A stretch of DNA of 64,000 bases from Chloroflexota bacterium (GCA_027593235.1 JAQCIU010000012.1:19893-83892), one strand, 5' to 3'; counted from the stretch's first letter, positions 11,528 through 23,012 are shown. Numbers and translations: made by a program. The notes: generated by a model from the letters alone, not told the origin.

Positions 11528-12460
11528 TCAGCCTGCGGGGGTGGCCTCCACCAGTTCCTTCACGGCGTCACCGGCGGCCTGCATCGCTGCCAGTTCGTTG
11601 TCCGAGAGGCCGATTTCGTAGACCTGCTGGATGCCGCCCGCGCCGAGGCGGAGGGGAGCGCCGACGTAGGCGTCGTTGATGCCGTACTCGCCCTGGAGGA
11701 AGGCACACGCCGGGAGGATCCGCTGCTCGTCGAGCAGGATGGAATCGACCATCTCGATTGTTGCCGCGGCCGGGGCGACGAAGGCGCTACCGGTCTTGAG
11801 CAGGTCGACGATCTCCGCGCCGCCGCGCATGGTGCGGGCGACGACGGCGTCGATCCGCTCCTGCGACATCAGCTTGTCGAGCGGAACTCCACCGACGGTG
11901 GCGTTGGAGACGATCGGGACCATCGTGGCCTCGGTGTGACCACCGAGCACCCAGGCGCTGACGTCCTTCACGGAGCTGCCGGTCTCCATCGAGATGAAGG
12001 TGCGGTAGCGACCGGTGTCGAGCATGCCGCCCTGGCCGACGACGCGCGTGCGGTCGAAGCCGCTGGCGTCGAGGGCGACGTGGCACATCGCGTCCATCGG
12101 GTTGGCGAAGATGACCAGCGTGGCGTCCGGCGAGTGCTGGACAGCGTTGCTGACCACGCTGCGGACGATGCCGGCGTTGGTGTTGAGCAGATCCTCGCGG
12201 GTCATACCCGGCTTGCGCGCGACGCCCGAGGTGACGACGATGACCTCGGAACCGGCGGTGTCGGCCCAGTTGTTCGTGCCGGTCACGGAGCCGCTGAAGC
12301 GGACCCAGGGGGCGGATTCGGAGATATCGAGCGCCTTGCCCTGGGGCAGGCCCTCGACGATGTCGACGAGCATGACGTCCGCGTAGCCGCGGGCGGCGAG
12401 GATCTGGGCCATGGTCGCGCCCGTGTTGCCCGCGCCAACGATGGTCACCTTCTTGCGCAT
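11528..12460 (-). CDS. mdh: Malate dehydrogenase (LDH-like)
   Basis: [23 protein letters not shown] (Arg specificity loop), [19 protein letters not shown]; between icd and fumC. Confidence 0.95.
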   Translation of the reverse strand: MRKKVTIVGAGNTGATMAQILAARGYADVMLVDIVEGLPQGKALDISESAPWVRFSGSVTGTNNWADTAGSEVIVVTSGVARKPGMTREDLLNTNAGIVRSVVSNAVQHSPDATLVIFANPMDAMCHVALDASGFDRTRVVGQGGMLDTGRYRTFISMETGSSVKDVSAWVLGGHTEATMVPIVSNATVGGVPLDKLMSQERIDAVVARTMRGGAEIVDLLKTGSAFVAPAAATIEMVDSILLDEQRILPACAFLQGEYGINDAYVGAPLRLGAGGIQQVYEIGLSDNELAAMQAAGDAVKELVEATPAG

Positions 12461-12569
12461 GGTGATCGGCATCCCTTCGTTCGCTCCGTGAACTGTTGTC
12501 CGCGGAGCTGGTGTGTGGTTGGTGGCTGGGTGTCGCCCGGTACGTGCGAGCTGGTGGGCCCGCCGCCGG

Positions 12570-13784
12570 CTACTTCATCCGTGCCTGGAGTCCTTCATCG
12601 AGCTTCGCGAGGAACTCGTTGGTGGTGAGCCATTCTTGGCCCGGCCCAACGAGCAGCGCGAGGTCCTTGGTCATCGCGCCGCCCTCGACGGTGTCGACGC
12701 ACACCGCTTCGAGGGTGTGCGCGAAAGTCGCGAGTGCATCGTTGCCGTCGAGCTTCGCACGGTGCGCGAGGCCGCGCGTCCACGCGAAGATCGAGGCGAT
12801 CGGATTCGTCGAGGTCTCGAGCCCCTGCTGGTGCTGGCGGTAGTGGCGGGTGACCGTGCCGTGTGCGGCTTCCGCTTCAACGACGCTGCCGTCCGTGGTC
12901 ATCAGGACGGAGCTCATCAGGCCGAGCGAGCCGAAGCCCTGCGCGACGATGTCCGACTGGACGTCGCCGTCGTAGTTCTTGCACGCCCAGACGATGCCAC
13001 CGTTCCACTTCAGGACCTGGGCGACCATGTCGTCGATCAGCCGGTGCTCGTAGGTGATGCCGGCCGCTTCGAACTGGGTCTTGAACTCCGCGTCGAAGAT
13101 CTCCTGGAAGAGGTCCATGAAGCGGCCGTCGTAGGCCTTCAGGATGGTGTTCTTCGTGGAGAGGTAGACCGGGTACTTGCGCTGCAGACCGTAGTTGAAC
13201 GAGGAGCGGGCAAAGCCACGGATCGACTCGTCCAGGTTGTACATGCCCATCGCGATGCCGGGCTCGGCGAACTGCATGACCTCGTACTCGATCGGTGCTC
13301 CGCCGCCCTCGGGCTCGAAGCGCATGGTGAGCCGGCCGGCGCCGGGGACGAGGAAGTCGGTGGCGCGGTACTGGTCGCCGTGGGCGTGGCGCCCGATGAC
13401 GATCGGTTTCTCCCAGTTGGAGACGATCTTCGGGATGTTCTTGCAGATGATCGGCTCGCGGAAGACGGTGCCGCCCAGGATGTTGCGGATGGTGCCGTTG
13501 GGCGACCGCCACATCTTCTTGAGGCCGAACTCCTCGACGCGGGCTTCGTCGGGGGTGATGGTGGCGCACTTCACACCAACGCCGTGGCGCTTGATCGCCT
13601 CGGCGGCATCGATGGTGATCTGGTCGTCGGTGGCGTCGCGCGCCTCGATGCCGAGGTCGTAGTACTCAAGTTCGATGTCGAGGTAGGGGAGGATCAGGCG
13701 ATCGCGGATGAACCCCCAGATGATCCGTGTCATCTCGTCGCCGTCGAGTTCGACGACCGGGTTCTGAACCTTGATCTTCGCCAC
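12570..13784 (-). CDS. icd: NADP-dependent isocitrate dehydrogenase
   Basis: [50 protein letters not shown] 13784 is the likely start. Confidence 0.97.
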   Translation of the reverse strand: MAKIKVQNPVVELDGDEMTRIIWGFIRDRLILPYLDIELEYYDLGIEARDATDDQITIDAAEAIKRHGVGVKCATITPDEARVEEFGLKKMWRSPNGTIRNILGGTVFREPIICKNIPKIVSNWEKPIVIGRHAHGDQYRATDFLVPGAGRLTMRFEPEGGGAPIEYEVMQFAEPGIAMGMYNLDESIRGFARSSFNYGLQRKYPVYLSTKNTILKAYDGRFMDLFQEIFDAEFKTQFEAAGITYEHRLIDDMVAQVLKWNGGIVWACKNYDGDVQSDIVAQGFGSLGLMSSVLMTTDGSVVEAEAAHGTVTRHYRQHQQGLETSTNPIASIFAWTRGLAHRAKLDGNDALATFAHTLEAVCVDTVEGGAMTKDLALLVGPGQEWLTTNEFLAKLDEGLQARMK

Positions 13785-13946
13785 GGAAAGCCTTCCCACG
13801 TGACATGTCGAAGCGCGGCGGCCGTGAAACCCGCTGCGTGCTGGTACTGCTGAAGGGCGCGGAACCTGTGGAAGTATACGCGGTCGGTCGGCTACCCGCG
13901 CGGCGCAACTGCCACGTCCGTGTTCACCCGCCGGGCAGCGAGGACG

Positions 13947-14891
13947 CTAGCTGGCCTGGGCGAGCGGCTCCGAAGCGTCGTAGGCGTCGCCGAACAGATG
14001 GGCCGCGAATTCGAGGCTCGTGACCTGATCTTCGGTGAAGGCTCCCGGTCGATCGTAGTAGGCGACGAGGGCGCCCATGTTGGCGCTTCCGGGGCGGAAG
14101 CAGGGGGCAATGATGAGGGATCGCATCGGGTGCGGGAACTCCGCGACGACGTTCGCGCCGTAGATGTCCGTGTCCTGCACATCGCGATTGACGTGCGCGT
14201 TCGGCGCGCCCCAGCGGTCGCGCTGGGCGGTGGTGTAACGCCCGCGCCGCGGAAGCAGCGGGTTGCCGAAGCCGTGCACCAGTGGCAACGTTTCGTACTC
14301 GTCGCCCTCGCCGTCGCGGATTGCGAGGGCGATGTTCGCGCCGGGGATCAACGTGCTCAGGGGGCCCTCGAACGTGGCGGTGAGGGCATCGCGGGAGAGC
14401 GACTGTTGCTCGATCTGGCGGCTGAGCGCGAGCAGGGCGCCGCGCGCCGCGATCTCTCGCTTGCCGGCATCCACCTGCCCGATCAGGTCGGTCACGTCCG
14501 TGGCAACAGTGAGTACGCTCCAGCCCTCCGGACCGCGTTCCATCGGCAGGGTGCTCATCCTCAGCCAGATCTCGCGGTTGTCGTCGTCGGAGACGAGGCG
14601 GCGCAGGACCTCGCGCTGTGCGGCGCCGGTGATCCGGGTGATCGCCGCGGGGTACTCGGAGCCGGGCAGCAGGCGGCCCTGTTCGTCGAAGACGCGCAGA
14701 TTCCGCGGCTGGCTGGCGCCGGGGCTGGCGATGATGCCGGCACGATCACTCAGCACTTCGCTCAACTGAACGAAGTGACCCTCGGTGTCGCGGGTGAAGA
14801 TGATCAGACCGGAATCGAGGAGCGCTTCCAGCGCGCGGGCGATCGGATCGTCCGCACGTGACTCGCGGATCAGCGTGGTCAGCGACTGCAT
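13947..14891 (-). CDS. PAS-like + GAF domain sensory protein without an output domain
   Basis: PAS/PAC-like ALLDSGLIIFTRDTEGHF...EIWLRMSTLPM...TVATDVT, followed by GAF-like MRSLIIAP...GALVAYYDRPGAFTEDQVTSLE. Confidence 0.65.
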   Translation of the reverse strand: MQSLTTLIRESRADDPIARALEALLDSGLIIFTRDTEGHFVQLSEVLSDRAGIIASPGASQPRNLRVFDEQGRLLPGSEYPAAITRITGAAQREVLRRLVSDDDNREIWLRMSTLPMERGPEGWSVLTVATDVTDLIGQVDAGKREIAARGALLALSRQIEQQSLSRDALTATFEGPLSTLIPGANIALAIRDGEGDEYETLPLVHGFGNPLLPRRGRYTTAQRDRWGAPNAHVNRDVQDTDIYGANVVAEFPHPMRSLIIAPCFRPGSANMGALVAYYDRPGAFTEDQVTSLEFAAHLFGDAYDASEPLAQAS

Positions 14892-14981
14892 CGCTTCCTC
14901 CCGGTACACCGAATCATCGGCACTGGGAAGGACGGTCGACAGCGGCTGATGAGCGCGCGCCGAGGCTCGAAACAGCCGCCG

Positions 14982-16520
14982 CTAGAGCGGGATGCTGCCG
15001 TGCTTCTTGGGCGGGACCACTTCCGATTTCTGGCGCAGCACCTTGAGGGCGCTCGCGACCTTGATCCGCGTGTCTCGCGGGTCGATCACGTCGTCGATGT
15101 AGCCCTTGGCCGCGGCGATGTATGGGTGCTCCAACTGCGCCTGGTACTCGGAAATCAGGCGTTGTCGCTCGGCATCGGGATCCTCCGCGGACTGGAGGTC
15201 GCGGCGGTTGATGATGTTGACGGCCTGGCTGCCCGCCATCACGGCGACGGCGGCACCCGCCCATGCGTAGTTCACGTCCGCGCCCAGGTGCTTCGAGCCC
15301 ATCGCGTCGTAGGCGCCACCGAAGGCCTTGCGGAGAATGATCGTGACCTTCGGGACGGTGGCCTCCGCGTAGGCGTACACGAGCTTGGCGCCGTGGCTGA
15401 TGATGCCGCCGTACTCCTGCGAAACGCCCGGGAGGAAGCCGGGGACGTCCACCAGTGTGACGATCGGGATGTTGAAGGCGTCGCAGAACCGCACGAATCG
15501 CGCGGCCTTACGCGACGAATCGATGTCCAACACACCCGCGAGGTAGAGCGGCTGGTTGGCGACGACGCCGACGGCGCGACCGCCGATGCGGGCGAAGCCG
15601 ACCACGATGTTCTGGGCGAAGAACTCGTGGACCTCCATGAAGTCACCGTTGTCGACGAGGCGCTCGATGATGTCGCGCACGTCGTAGGGGTTGGAGGCCT
15701 CGGAGGGGAGGATGTCCAGGACGTCCTCCATGCGGCGATCGGTCGGATCGCCGGTATCGACGGTGGGGACCTCGTCCATGTTGTTGCTGGGGAGGAAGGA
15801 GAGGAGCCGGCGCACTTCCTCCAGGGTTTCGGCTTCGCCCTTCACGGCGAAATGGGCGACTCCGGACTTGCTGGCGTGCGACTGCGCGCCGCCCAGTTCC
15901 TCCACGTCTGTGATCTCGCCGGTGACGCTGGCGATCACGTCCGGGCCAGTGAGGAACATCTGGGAGGTGCCTTCGACCATGAAGACGAAGTCGGTCAGGG
16001 CGGGCGAGTAGACGGCGCCACCGGCGCAGGGGCCGAGGATGACGCTGAGCTGTGGGATCACGCCCGAGGCGCGGACGTTGCGGTTGAAGATCGCGCCATA
16101 GCCGGCCAGCGAGCCGACGCCTTCCTGGATGCGGGCGCCGCCGGAGTCGTTGAGGCCGATCATCGGAATGCCGGTCTTGGTCGCGAGATCCATCGCCTTC
16201 GCGATCTTCTCGCCAACGACCTCGCCCAGCGACCCGCCGAAGACGGTGAAGTCCTGCGCGAAGACACCGACGCTGCGGCCATCGATCGTGCCCCAGCCGG
16301 TGACGACGGCGTCGCCGTGGAAGCGCTCGCCGCCGTTGTCGTCGTGAACCGCGAGGGCGTCGAGCTCCTCGAAGGAGCCGGGATCGAGGAGCGTGTCGAT
16401 GCGCTCGCGCGCCGTGAGCTTGCCGCGTTCGTGCTGCGCATCGACGCGGTCCTGGCCGCCGCCGAGCAGCGCACGCTGCTTGAGCTGACTGAGGTATTCG
16501 AGGCTGTCTGCGATCGCCAT
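14982..16520 (-). CDS. Acyl-CoA carboxylase carboxyltransferase (beta) subunit, PccB/MmdA-like
   Basis: QHERGKLTARERI, QDFTVFGGSLG, DSGGARIQEG, GPCAGGAVYSPA, VDVPGFLPG, PKKHGSIPL. Confidence 0.93.
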   Translation of the reverse strand: MAIADSLEYLSQLKQRALLGGGQDRVDAQHERGKLTARERIDTLLDPGSFEELDALAVHDDNGGERFHGDAVVTGWGTIDGRSVGVFAQDFTVFGGSLGEVVGEKIAKAMDLATKTGIPMIGLNDSGGARIQEGVGSLAGYGAIFNRNVRASGVIPQLSVILGPCAGGAVYSPALTDFVFMVEGTSQMFLTGPDVIASVTGEITDVEELGGAQSHASKSGVAHFAVKGEAETLEEVRRLLSFLPSNNMDEVPTVDTGDPTDRRMEDVLDILPSEASNPYDVRDIIERLVDNGDFMEVHEFFAQNIVVGFARIGGRAVGVVANQPLYLAGVLDIDSSRKAARFVRFCDAFNIPIVTLVDVPGFLPGVSQEYGGIISHGAKLVYAYAEATVPKVTIILRKAFGGAYDAMGSKHLGADVNYAWAGAAVAVMAGSQAVNIINRRDLQSAEDPDAERQRLISEYQAQLEHPYIAAAKGYIDDVIDPRDTRIKVASALKVLRQKSEVVPPKKHGSIPL

Positions 16521-16715
16521 CGTGCCTCCTGCCGTCTCGATGAGACGCGCGCCGTCACGAGCGAGATGGGCACCCGAAACGAGCGATTCTGAACCGGAAG
16601 TGTCGCGAGTATCCCTGAGTTCAGGGGCGGACGCTAGTTCTCTAACGCGGTTTGATTACGGACGGAGGGTGACGATCGATGGCCCGGCGAAACGACAGTG
16701 AATCGAGCGTCTGGG

Positions 16716-17276
16716 CTACGGCGCCGGGATCTGCAGTTCCTGGCCCACCTGAATGTCGGTGAGCTGGTCCACGGAGATGCCGTTCGCGGCCGCGAGCGCC
16801 TCAAGCGTGGTGTCGAACTCCAACGCGATGCCGAAGCCGGTGTCTCCCGGCTGGACGACGTAGGTCTGCACGCCGCCGCTGGGCCGCGGTGTGGGGGTGG
16901 CGCCGATTGGCGAGCCGGGCGCGCCGGGGATGATCAACTCCTGGCCGACGAAGATGTTGGCATCGTCGAGGCCATTCGCCTCCAACAACGCCTCGACGCT
17001 GGTGTCGTATTGCTCGGCGATCAGCGAGAGCGAGTCGCCAGGAACGACGACGTAGATGGTGTCGGCTGCGACCTCACCGCCGGATCCGGCACCTGAACCA
17101 TCGAGGATGGTCGGCGCCGGAACGAGCGGAAGAGGCGACGCGGTAGGGATCGGGGTGCCCCCGTCGGGGCCGGGGGTGGCGGTGGGGTCGTCGGACCCGC
17201 CGCCACAGGCGGCGACGAGGACGATGAGGCTGACAGCGGCGCCGATCAGCGAGGGGCGGAGCGTGTGACGCGCCAT
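16716..17276 (-). CDS. Lipoprotein with two LysM domains
   Basis: Lipobox LVAAC; two repeats YVVVPGDSLSLIA...IFVGQELIIP and YVVQPGDTGFGIA...IQVGQELQIP. Confidence 0.88.
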   Translation of the reverse strand: MARHTLRPSLIGAAVSLIVLVAACGGGSDDPTATPGPDGGTPIPTASPLPLVPAPTILDGSGAGSGGEVAADTIYVVVPGDSLSLIAEQYDTSVEALLEANGLDDANIFVGQELIIPGAPGSPIGATPTPRPSGGVQTYVVQPGDTGFGIALEFDTTLEALAAANGISVDQLTDIQVGQELQIPAP

Positions 17277-17375
17277 GCGGGCCTTTCTCGGGGAGCCGGG
17301 TTCGAGCGTACGTCACCGGTTGTTGAGAAGGCTAGCGACGACGCGTGCGAGCCGCCGCGGACGCGCGTCCGGCAG

Positions 17376-18752
17376 CTATCCGGAGGCGGTGATCGCGGCC
17401 TCGAGGGCGCGCGCGCCGGCCTCGAGCATCACTGCGAGGTCGTCCCGCGACACGTTGGCGACGTCATCACCGGCCGTGTGGACGCGCGGATCGTCGCCGC
17501 TGGTGATCGTGACCGCCGGAATGCCGCGATTGAGGAAGCTGACGTGATCGGAAGAGGCGAACGGGGGGAACTGACCGGCGCGAAGTGGCAGCCCCTCGAG
17601 GGCCGCGAGCAGCACGTCGGTGAGTGCGGCATCGCCGATCACGATCGGACCACCGAGGCGCCCTGCCTGATCGAAGTTGAGCATGAAGGCGCCGTCCGCG
17701 AGCGACTGGGTGGCGACGAACGCTTCCGACCCGAAGAGCCCGATCTCCTCCGAGCCGAAGGCGATCACGCAGAGACCGTCCGTGCGCTGGACGCGCGCGA
17801 TCTCCAGCATCAGCGCGGTGCCGGACGCGTTGTCGTTGGCACCGGGGCCCTGCGGCACGGAGTCGTAGTGCCCGCCGATGTAGAAGCGACAGACCGCGCC
17901 GGACCGTCCGACGACGTTCTGCGACTCGCCGCGGATATCGTCGATCGCGGCGCGGAGCGTCGCCTCAACGCCGGCCGCGGCGAGCGGGCGAAGCAGCGCG
18001 CCTTCGGCCTCGCTGATCGCGACCACGGGGACGGTGGCGGGCCGGGTGCCAAGCGCGCCCGAGAAGGCGCCCGGCTGGTTGTTCGCGATGATCACACCCA
18101 GCGCGCCGGCCAGCTCGGCGGTGCGCACCTTCTCGCCAAACGGGATGACACCACGGTCGAGCAGCAGGATCTTGCCGGCGACATCGATGCCGGCCAGATC
18201 CGCCGGCGCGCCGAGCGCGCCATAAACGAGGGCGCCCGTCGCCTCGGCGGTGGCGGACCCGGAGAACATGCGCGGGCGCACGGCAACATCGCTGCCAGTC
18301 ACGGAGACGGCAGAGGCGTCCACACGGGTAGCGATCGGGAACGGCTCGATCGCGGTCTCGTAGCCGGCGTCCTCCAGGACCGCGGCGATGTAGTCCGCGG
18401 CATCACGCTCCGCTGCTGTCCCCGCCGGCCGAGGGCCAATGTCACCCGCGAGCGCGACCACGTGCGCGAGCACGTTGTCGACGTCGACCGTGGTGCTGCT
18501 TGCCGCTGGGGTGGTGGATTCGGCTGCGCCCGTCGACGCCGTGGCAGCCGATGTGGCGGTCGCCGCCTCGGACGTCGCCGCGGTCGTTGCCTCGGTCGTT
18601 GGGCTGTCCTCGGGGTTCGGGGTGGCGCTGCTGCTGCTGGAGCAGGCGATGGCGAGGAGGGCGACGACCGCTAGGAAGCTGACGCCAAGCGCGCGGACAC
18701 GCCCTCGGAGGCTTGCGCGGAACGGCAGTAGTTCGCTACGGCGCTGGGTCAC
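17376..18752 (-). CDS. M28 family aminopeptidase with PA domain, lipoprotein
   Basis: Lipobox LAIAC, Thr/Ala linker, PA domain GKILLLDRG...AGALGVII, metal ligands GGHYDS, GANDNASG, SEEIG, NFD, HTAGD. Confidence 0.88.
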   Translation of the reverse strand: MTQRRSELLPFRASLRGRVRALGVSFLAVVALLAIACSSSSSATPNPEDSPTTEATTAATSEAATATSAATASTGAAESTTPAASSTTVDVDNVLAHVVALAGDIGPRPAGTAAERDAADYIAAVLEDAGYETAIEPFPIATRVDASAVSVTGSDVAVRPRMFSGSATAEATGALVYGALGAPADLAGIDVAGKILLLDRGVIPFGEKVRTAELAGALGVIIANNQPGAFSGALGTRPATVPVVAISEAEGALLRPLAAAGVEATLRAAIDDIRGESQNVVGRSGAVCRFYIGGHYDSVPQGPGANDNASGTALMLEIARVQRTDGLCVIAFGSEEIGLFGSEAFVATQSLADGAFMLNFDQAGRLGGPIVIGDAALTDVLLAALEGLPLRAGQFPPFASSDHVSFLNRGIPAVTITSGDDPRVHTAGDDVANVSRDDLAVMLEAGARALEAAITASG

Positions 18753-18800
18753 GGAACGGCCTGTCCTGGTGGGAGCTGACCGAACGGAGAAGGTTGCTGC

Positions 18801-19241
18801 CTAGCGACGGGTACGGCGCGTGTCCCACCAGCGGCGGATGCGGTCGACGGGGCTCGACTGCCGGTAACCCGGCTGGATGTCGCGGCCGCGCCAGCGTTGC
18901 TCCGCCTTGCCTGAGGAGGATCCACGGCTACCACGGGAGAAGACCATCAGCGTGAAGCTGGTGAGGAACAAGATGATGCCGGCGTAGAGCAGCCAGACAG
19001 TAAGCGGGCTGACGCGACGGAAGAAGAGCGCCACGAGGATCATCAGGAACGACGTGAGGAGCACCTGCGAGATCGAGACGCGACCGAGTTGAGAGGCGAA
19101 CGCACGCTGGCGCTCGGCAATATTGCTGCCGAGCTGACGGAAGAATCGCTTGCGAGCGCGGGCGCGCCGTGATTCCGGCGTCGGGAAATGCTCGATCTTG
19201 TCGAGGATTTCCTCGATCTCACGCTCGAGTCGGTCCGACAT
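18801..19241 (-). CDS. Hypothetical membrane protein (2 TM)
   Basis: Charged N-terminus MSDRLEREIEEIL, two hydrophobic helices and a basic tail; host-like codon use. Confidence 0.7.
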   Translation of the reverse strand: MSDRLEREIEEILDKIEHFPTPESRRARARKRFFRQLGSNIAERQRAFASQLGRVSISQVLLTSFLMILVALFFRRVSPLTVWLLYAGIILFLTSFTLMVFSRGSRGSSSGKAEQRWRGRDIQPGYRQSSPVDRIRRWWDTRRTRR

Positions 19242-19435
19242 ATGGTGTTCCGTCGTGTGCCGTGGTGGGCGGCGTTGGTTATGGAATCAGTATAGACCTC
19301 TCCAATCGGCCCGCGTGTTCGGGCTCACCCGCGCTCTTGCTCACGATCTGCGCCCGAATGCTCACACCGGTGACCTCGGCGACCGATCCGGGCACACCGG
19401 AGCAACTCCGCACGCGGCCGACAGCCGGCTCCGCG

Positions 19436-21049
19436 CTAGCTCGACGGACGCGGTGGCGGCCCCCAGCCGCCTCCGCCGGGCGTCTCGACGCGGACGCGGT
19501 CGCCTGGAGCGACATCCACCTCGGCGCGAGGACCGAGGTCCTCGGTCGATCCATCGGCGCGGATCAGGGTGTTGTGGCCGAGGGCGCCCGGTTCGCCGCC
19601 GGCGAGGCCCCAGGGGTGAAAGTGACGCCGTTCGCTGACGATCGAGACCGTGGCGTGGTCGTGGAAACGGTATTCGCGGGTCACGCCGTCGCCACCGGGG
19701 TGTTGGCCGTCGCCGCCGGTGCCGCGGCGTAGTTCGTAGCGCTCGACGGTGAATGGGTAGGCGAGCGGGAGCGCCTCGATCGGGGTGTTTAGCGTGTTCG
19801 TCATGTGTGTGTGGACGCCGGAGCGACCGACCCGCCTCGGCCCTCCGCCCGCGCCGCCGGCGATCGTCTCGTAGTAGGCGTACGGGCGCTGCCGCGCGCG
19901 GTCGTAGCCGCCGATCGTGATGTTGTTCATCGTGCCGGAGGAGGCGGCCGGGATGCGGTCCGGCACCGCCTGCGCGAGCGCTCCGAGGGCGACATCGGTG
20001 ATGCGCTGGCTCGTCTCCACGTTGCCGGCGCTGACCGCGCGCGGCGGGCCGGCGGCGACGATGCTGCGCTCGGGCAGTGTGAAGCGGATCGGGCGGTAGC
20101 AGCCCTCGTTGCGTGGTGCGTCGGGACCGGCCAGACAGCGGATCGTGTAGTAGCAGGCCGAGCGCGTGACGGTGGCGACGGCGTTGACGGAGGCGTCCTC
20201 GGTCTCGGGGTCGCTGCCGGTGAAGTCGAAATGGGCCTCGTCGCCGGCGATTTCGAGGGTGACACGGATCGCGAGGCCGTTCGGCCCGACCTCCATGCGG
20301 TCCTCGAAGGGATAGCGCCCGTCGGGGATCGCGGCGATCACGGCGCGCACCACGCGCTCGCCGTGATCGAGCAAGGCAGCGAAGCGGTCGAGCAGGCCCG
20401 GCACGCTGAAGCGTGCGGCTGCGGCCTCGAGGCGGCGCGCGCCGACGGCGGTGGCCGCGAGTTGGGCGCGGAGGTCGCCTCGACGCTCATCGGGGGCGCG
20501 GGAGTTGCGGACGATCAGCGCGAACGCCGCCTCATTGCGCTTGCCGCCATCGACCAGGCGGATCGGCGGGATCACGAGGCCTTCCTGCAGCAGCTCGCGC
20601 GCGACCGGCATCGAGCCGGGCGCCATGCCGCCGATGTCGGCGTGGTGGGCACGCGTGGCGACGAAGCCGATCAGTGCGCCCTCGACGAAGACCGGCGACA
20701 CCGTCGTGAGGTCGGGAAGGTGCGTACCACCGGCGAACGGGTCGTTTACGGCGAGGACGTCGCCGGGCTCGAACGGGGCCAGTCCCATCACGGCGCGGAC
20801 GGCGGCCGGCATCGCGCCGAGGTGGACCGGCATGTGTGCGGCCTGCGCGACCATCTGACCCTCGGCGTCGAAGACGCCGCAGGAGAAGTCGCGCCGCTCT
20901 TTGATGTTGGGCGAGTAGGCGGTGCGTCCGAGCGCCTCGCCCATCTCCTCGGCGATCGAGGTGAGCACGGCGTCCGCGATCGCGAGGTCGGCGGCGCTCA
21001 GCTCGGTACGCGACGGTCCGGTGGTCACAGTGTCTTCCTCATGTCGCAT
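19436..21049 (-). CDS. Hydantoinase B/oxoprolinase family protein
   Basis: [64 protein letters not shown]. Confidence 0.93.
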   Translation of the reverse strand: MRHEEDTVTTGPSRTELSAADLAIADAVLTSIAEEMGEALGRTAYSPNIKERRDFSCGVFDAEGQMVAQAAHMPVHLGAMPAAVRAVMGLAPFEPGDVLAVNDPFAGGTHLPDLTTVSPVFVEGALIGFVATRAHHADIGGMAPGSMPVARELLQEGLVIPPIRLVDGGKRNEAAFALIVRNSRAPDERRGDLRAQLAATAVGARRLEAAAARFSVPGLLDRFAALLDHGERVVRAVIAAIPDGRYPFEDRMEVGPNGLAIRVTLEIAGDEAHFDFTGSDPETEDASVNAVATVTRSACYYTIRCLAGPDAPRNEGCYRPIRFTLPERSIVAAGPPRAVSAGNVETSQRITDVALGALAQAVPDRIPAASSGTMNNITIGGYDRARQRPYAYYETIAGGAGGGPRRVGRSGVHTHMTNTLNTPIEALPLAYPFTVERYELRRGTGGDGQHPGGDGVTREYRFHDHATVSIVSERRHFHPWGLAGGEPGALGHNTLIRADGSTEDLGPRAEVDVAPGDRVRVETPGGGGWGPPPRPSS

Positions 21050-23012
21050 CCGCGACGGGGCGCTCCAGGATCAGGTTGCCGTCGTCGTCGACCGTCGCTA
21101 CCCAGTTCGGCTCGACCAGCGTCGTGGTGTCGAGCTGGTGGATGACGGCGGGGCCAACGAGGCGTGTGCCGGGACGCAGGTGCTCGCGTCGGAAGTTGGG
21201 CGTGTCGATCTGGGTCTCACCGAACCAGACGGGGGTCACCTCGGGTGCCGGGTCACCCTCGGCGAAGGTCGTGCGGGCCGGTTCGCCCGCACCGGGGACC
21301 GTCGCGGTGGCGCGCACATTGACCACCTCGACCGCAGCGTCGAGGTCGCTGTGCGCGAAGCGCTGCTCGTGCAGCGCGTGGAACGCCGCTCCCGAGGGCG
21401 CAAGGTTCGCCGGGTCGGCCTCGATCGTGAGTTCGTAGGACTGGCCGGCGTAGCGCATGTCGAAGCCGTAGCGGAGCGTCGCGGCCTCGAGGCCGGGCTC
21501 GCCTCGGACTTCCTCGCCGACCGCGAGCAGCGCGGCGGAGAGCGCGGGGAACGAGGCGTCCTCGAAGCTCGTGAGCACGGAGCGGCTGCGCGTGCCGGTG
21601 ACGTCGCTCCAGACCGCGCCCTGGGCGGCGAGCACGCCGGGTAGCAGCGGGATCAGCACGCGCGGCATCTCGAGGGCGTCGGCGAGCGAGCAGGCGTGCA
21701 GCGGACCGGCGCCGCCGAACGCGACCAGCGTGAACTCGCGTGGGTCGTGGCCACGCTGAACCGAGACGACGCGGACCGCCGCCTCCATGTTCGCGGTGGC
21801 AACGGCGATGACGGCGTGGGCGGCCGCCTCGAGACTGCCGAACGCCTCGACGAGCGGCGCGCCGGCCGCGCGAGCGCGCTCGACGTCGAGGGCCATCGCG
21901 CCACCGAGCAGCCCGCCACCGGCGAGGCGTCCGAGGACGACCTGGGCGTCGGTGACGGTGAAGTCCTCGCCGCGGCCGTAGCTCGCGGGGCCGGGATCGG
22001 CGCCAGCCGACTGCGGTCCGACGCGGAGCGCACCACCGGCGTCGAGGCGTGCGATCGATCCACCGCCCGCGCCGACCGTGTGCACGTCGACGACTGGCGT
22101 GCGCGCCGGGAAGCCGCCGATGACGACGTCCGCGCGCGTCGGGATCGCTCCGTCGCAAAGCGCGACGTCGGTGGAGGTGCCGCCCATGTCGAAGGTGACG
22201 ATGCGGTCGATCCCGGCGGACCTCGAGATCTCGAACGCACCGGCGACGCCGGCCGACGGGCCGGAGAGGAGGGTGGCGACCGGGAGCTGGGCCGCGCGGC
22301 GGGCGTCGGCGGAGCCGCCGTCCGACTGCACGATCCGGAGCGGGCCGCAGCCGCGCTCCTCGAGCCCGTCGGAGAGGCGCTGGAGGTAGCGCGCCATCAC
22401 CGGGCCGACGTAGGCGTTCAGCACGGCGGTCGCGGTGCGCTCGACCTCGCGATACTCCGGCGAGACGCGCGACGACACGGAGAGATACATGTCGAACTGG
22501 CCGGCGACCTCGGCGAAGGCTTCTTCCAGTTCGGGGTTGGCGTAGGCGTAGAGCAGCGACACGGCGAGCGCCTCGGCACCCCCGGCACGCGCGGCCTCGA
22601 GCAGGTGGCGCGCCTGCGCGGCGTCGAACGGACGCTCGACGGCGCCGTGGTGGTCGAGCGCGGCGGAGATTTCGAAGCGCAGTTCCTCGGGCACGAGCGG
22701 CTCGGGCGTCTCTGGTTCGAGGTCGTAGATGTCCTGCCGGTTCTGGCGGCCGATCACCAGCAGGTCGCGCATGCCAGCGGTGGTGACGAGCGCGGTACGG
22801 GCCCCGCGCCGCTCCAGCACCGCGTTCGTGGCGACGGTGGACCCGTGGATCACGAGGTCCGGCGCGACCTCGAGGGCATCGATGCCCTCGAGCACCGCGC
22901 GGGATGGGTCATCGGGCGTGGAGGGGCGTTTGTGGGCGCGAAAGCGCCCGTCCTGCCAGAGCAGGAAGTCGGTGAAGGTACCGCCAACATCGACGCCGAG
23001 CAGTGTCGCCAT
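21039..23012 (-). CDS. Hydantoinase A/oxoprolinase family protein
   Basis: GVDVGGTFTD, HGSTVATNA, LLSGPSAG, DMGGTSTDV, GAGGGSIA, FGGAGPLHA. Confidence 0.93.
   Translation of the reverse strand: MATLLGVDVGGTFTDFLLWQDGRFRAHKRPSTPDDPSRAVLEGIDALEVAPDLVIHGSTVATNAVLERRGARTALVTTAGMRDLLVIGRQNRQDIYDLEPETPEPLVPEELRFEISAALDHHGAVERPFDAAQARHLLEAARAGGAEALAVSLLYAYANPELEEAFAEVAGQFDMYLSVSSRVSPEYREVERTATAVLNAYVGPVMARYLQRLSDGLEERGCGPLRIVQSDGGSADARRAAQLPVATLLSGPSAGVAGAFEISRSAGIDRIVTFDMGGTSTDVALCDGAIPTRADVVIGGFPARTPVVDVHTVGAGGGSIARLDAGGALRVGPQSAGADPGPASYGRGEDFTVTDAQVVLGRLAGGGLLGGAMALDVERARAAGAPLVEAFGSLEAAAHAVIAVATANMEAAVRVVSVQRGHDPREFTLVAFGGAGPLHACSLADALEMPRVLIPLLPGVLAAQGAVWSDVTGTRSRSVLTSFEDASFPALSAALLAVGEEVRGEPGLEAATLRYGFDMRYAGQSYELTIEADPANLAPSGAAFHALHEQRFAHSDLDAAVEVVNVRATATVPGAGEPARTTFAEGDPAPEVTPVWFGETQIDTPNFRREHLRPGTRLVGPAVIHQLDTTTLVEPNWVATVDDDGNLILERPVADAT

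Noticed and set aside
16613-16626. Palindrome CCCTGA-GT-TCAGGG upstream of the carboxyltransferase gene
   Set aside because: Plausible operator, but a single occurrence with no cognate regulator nearby.
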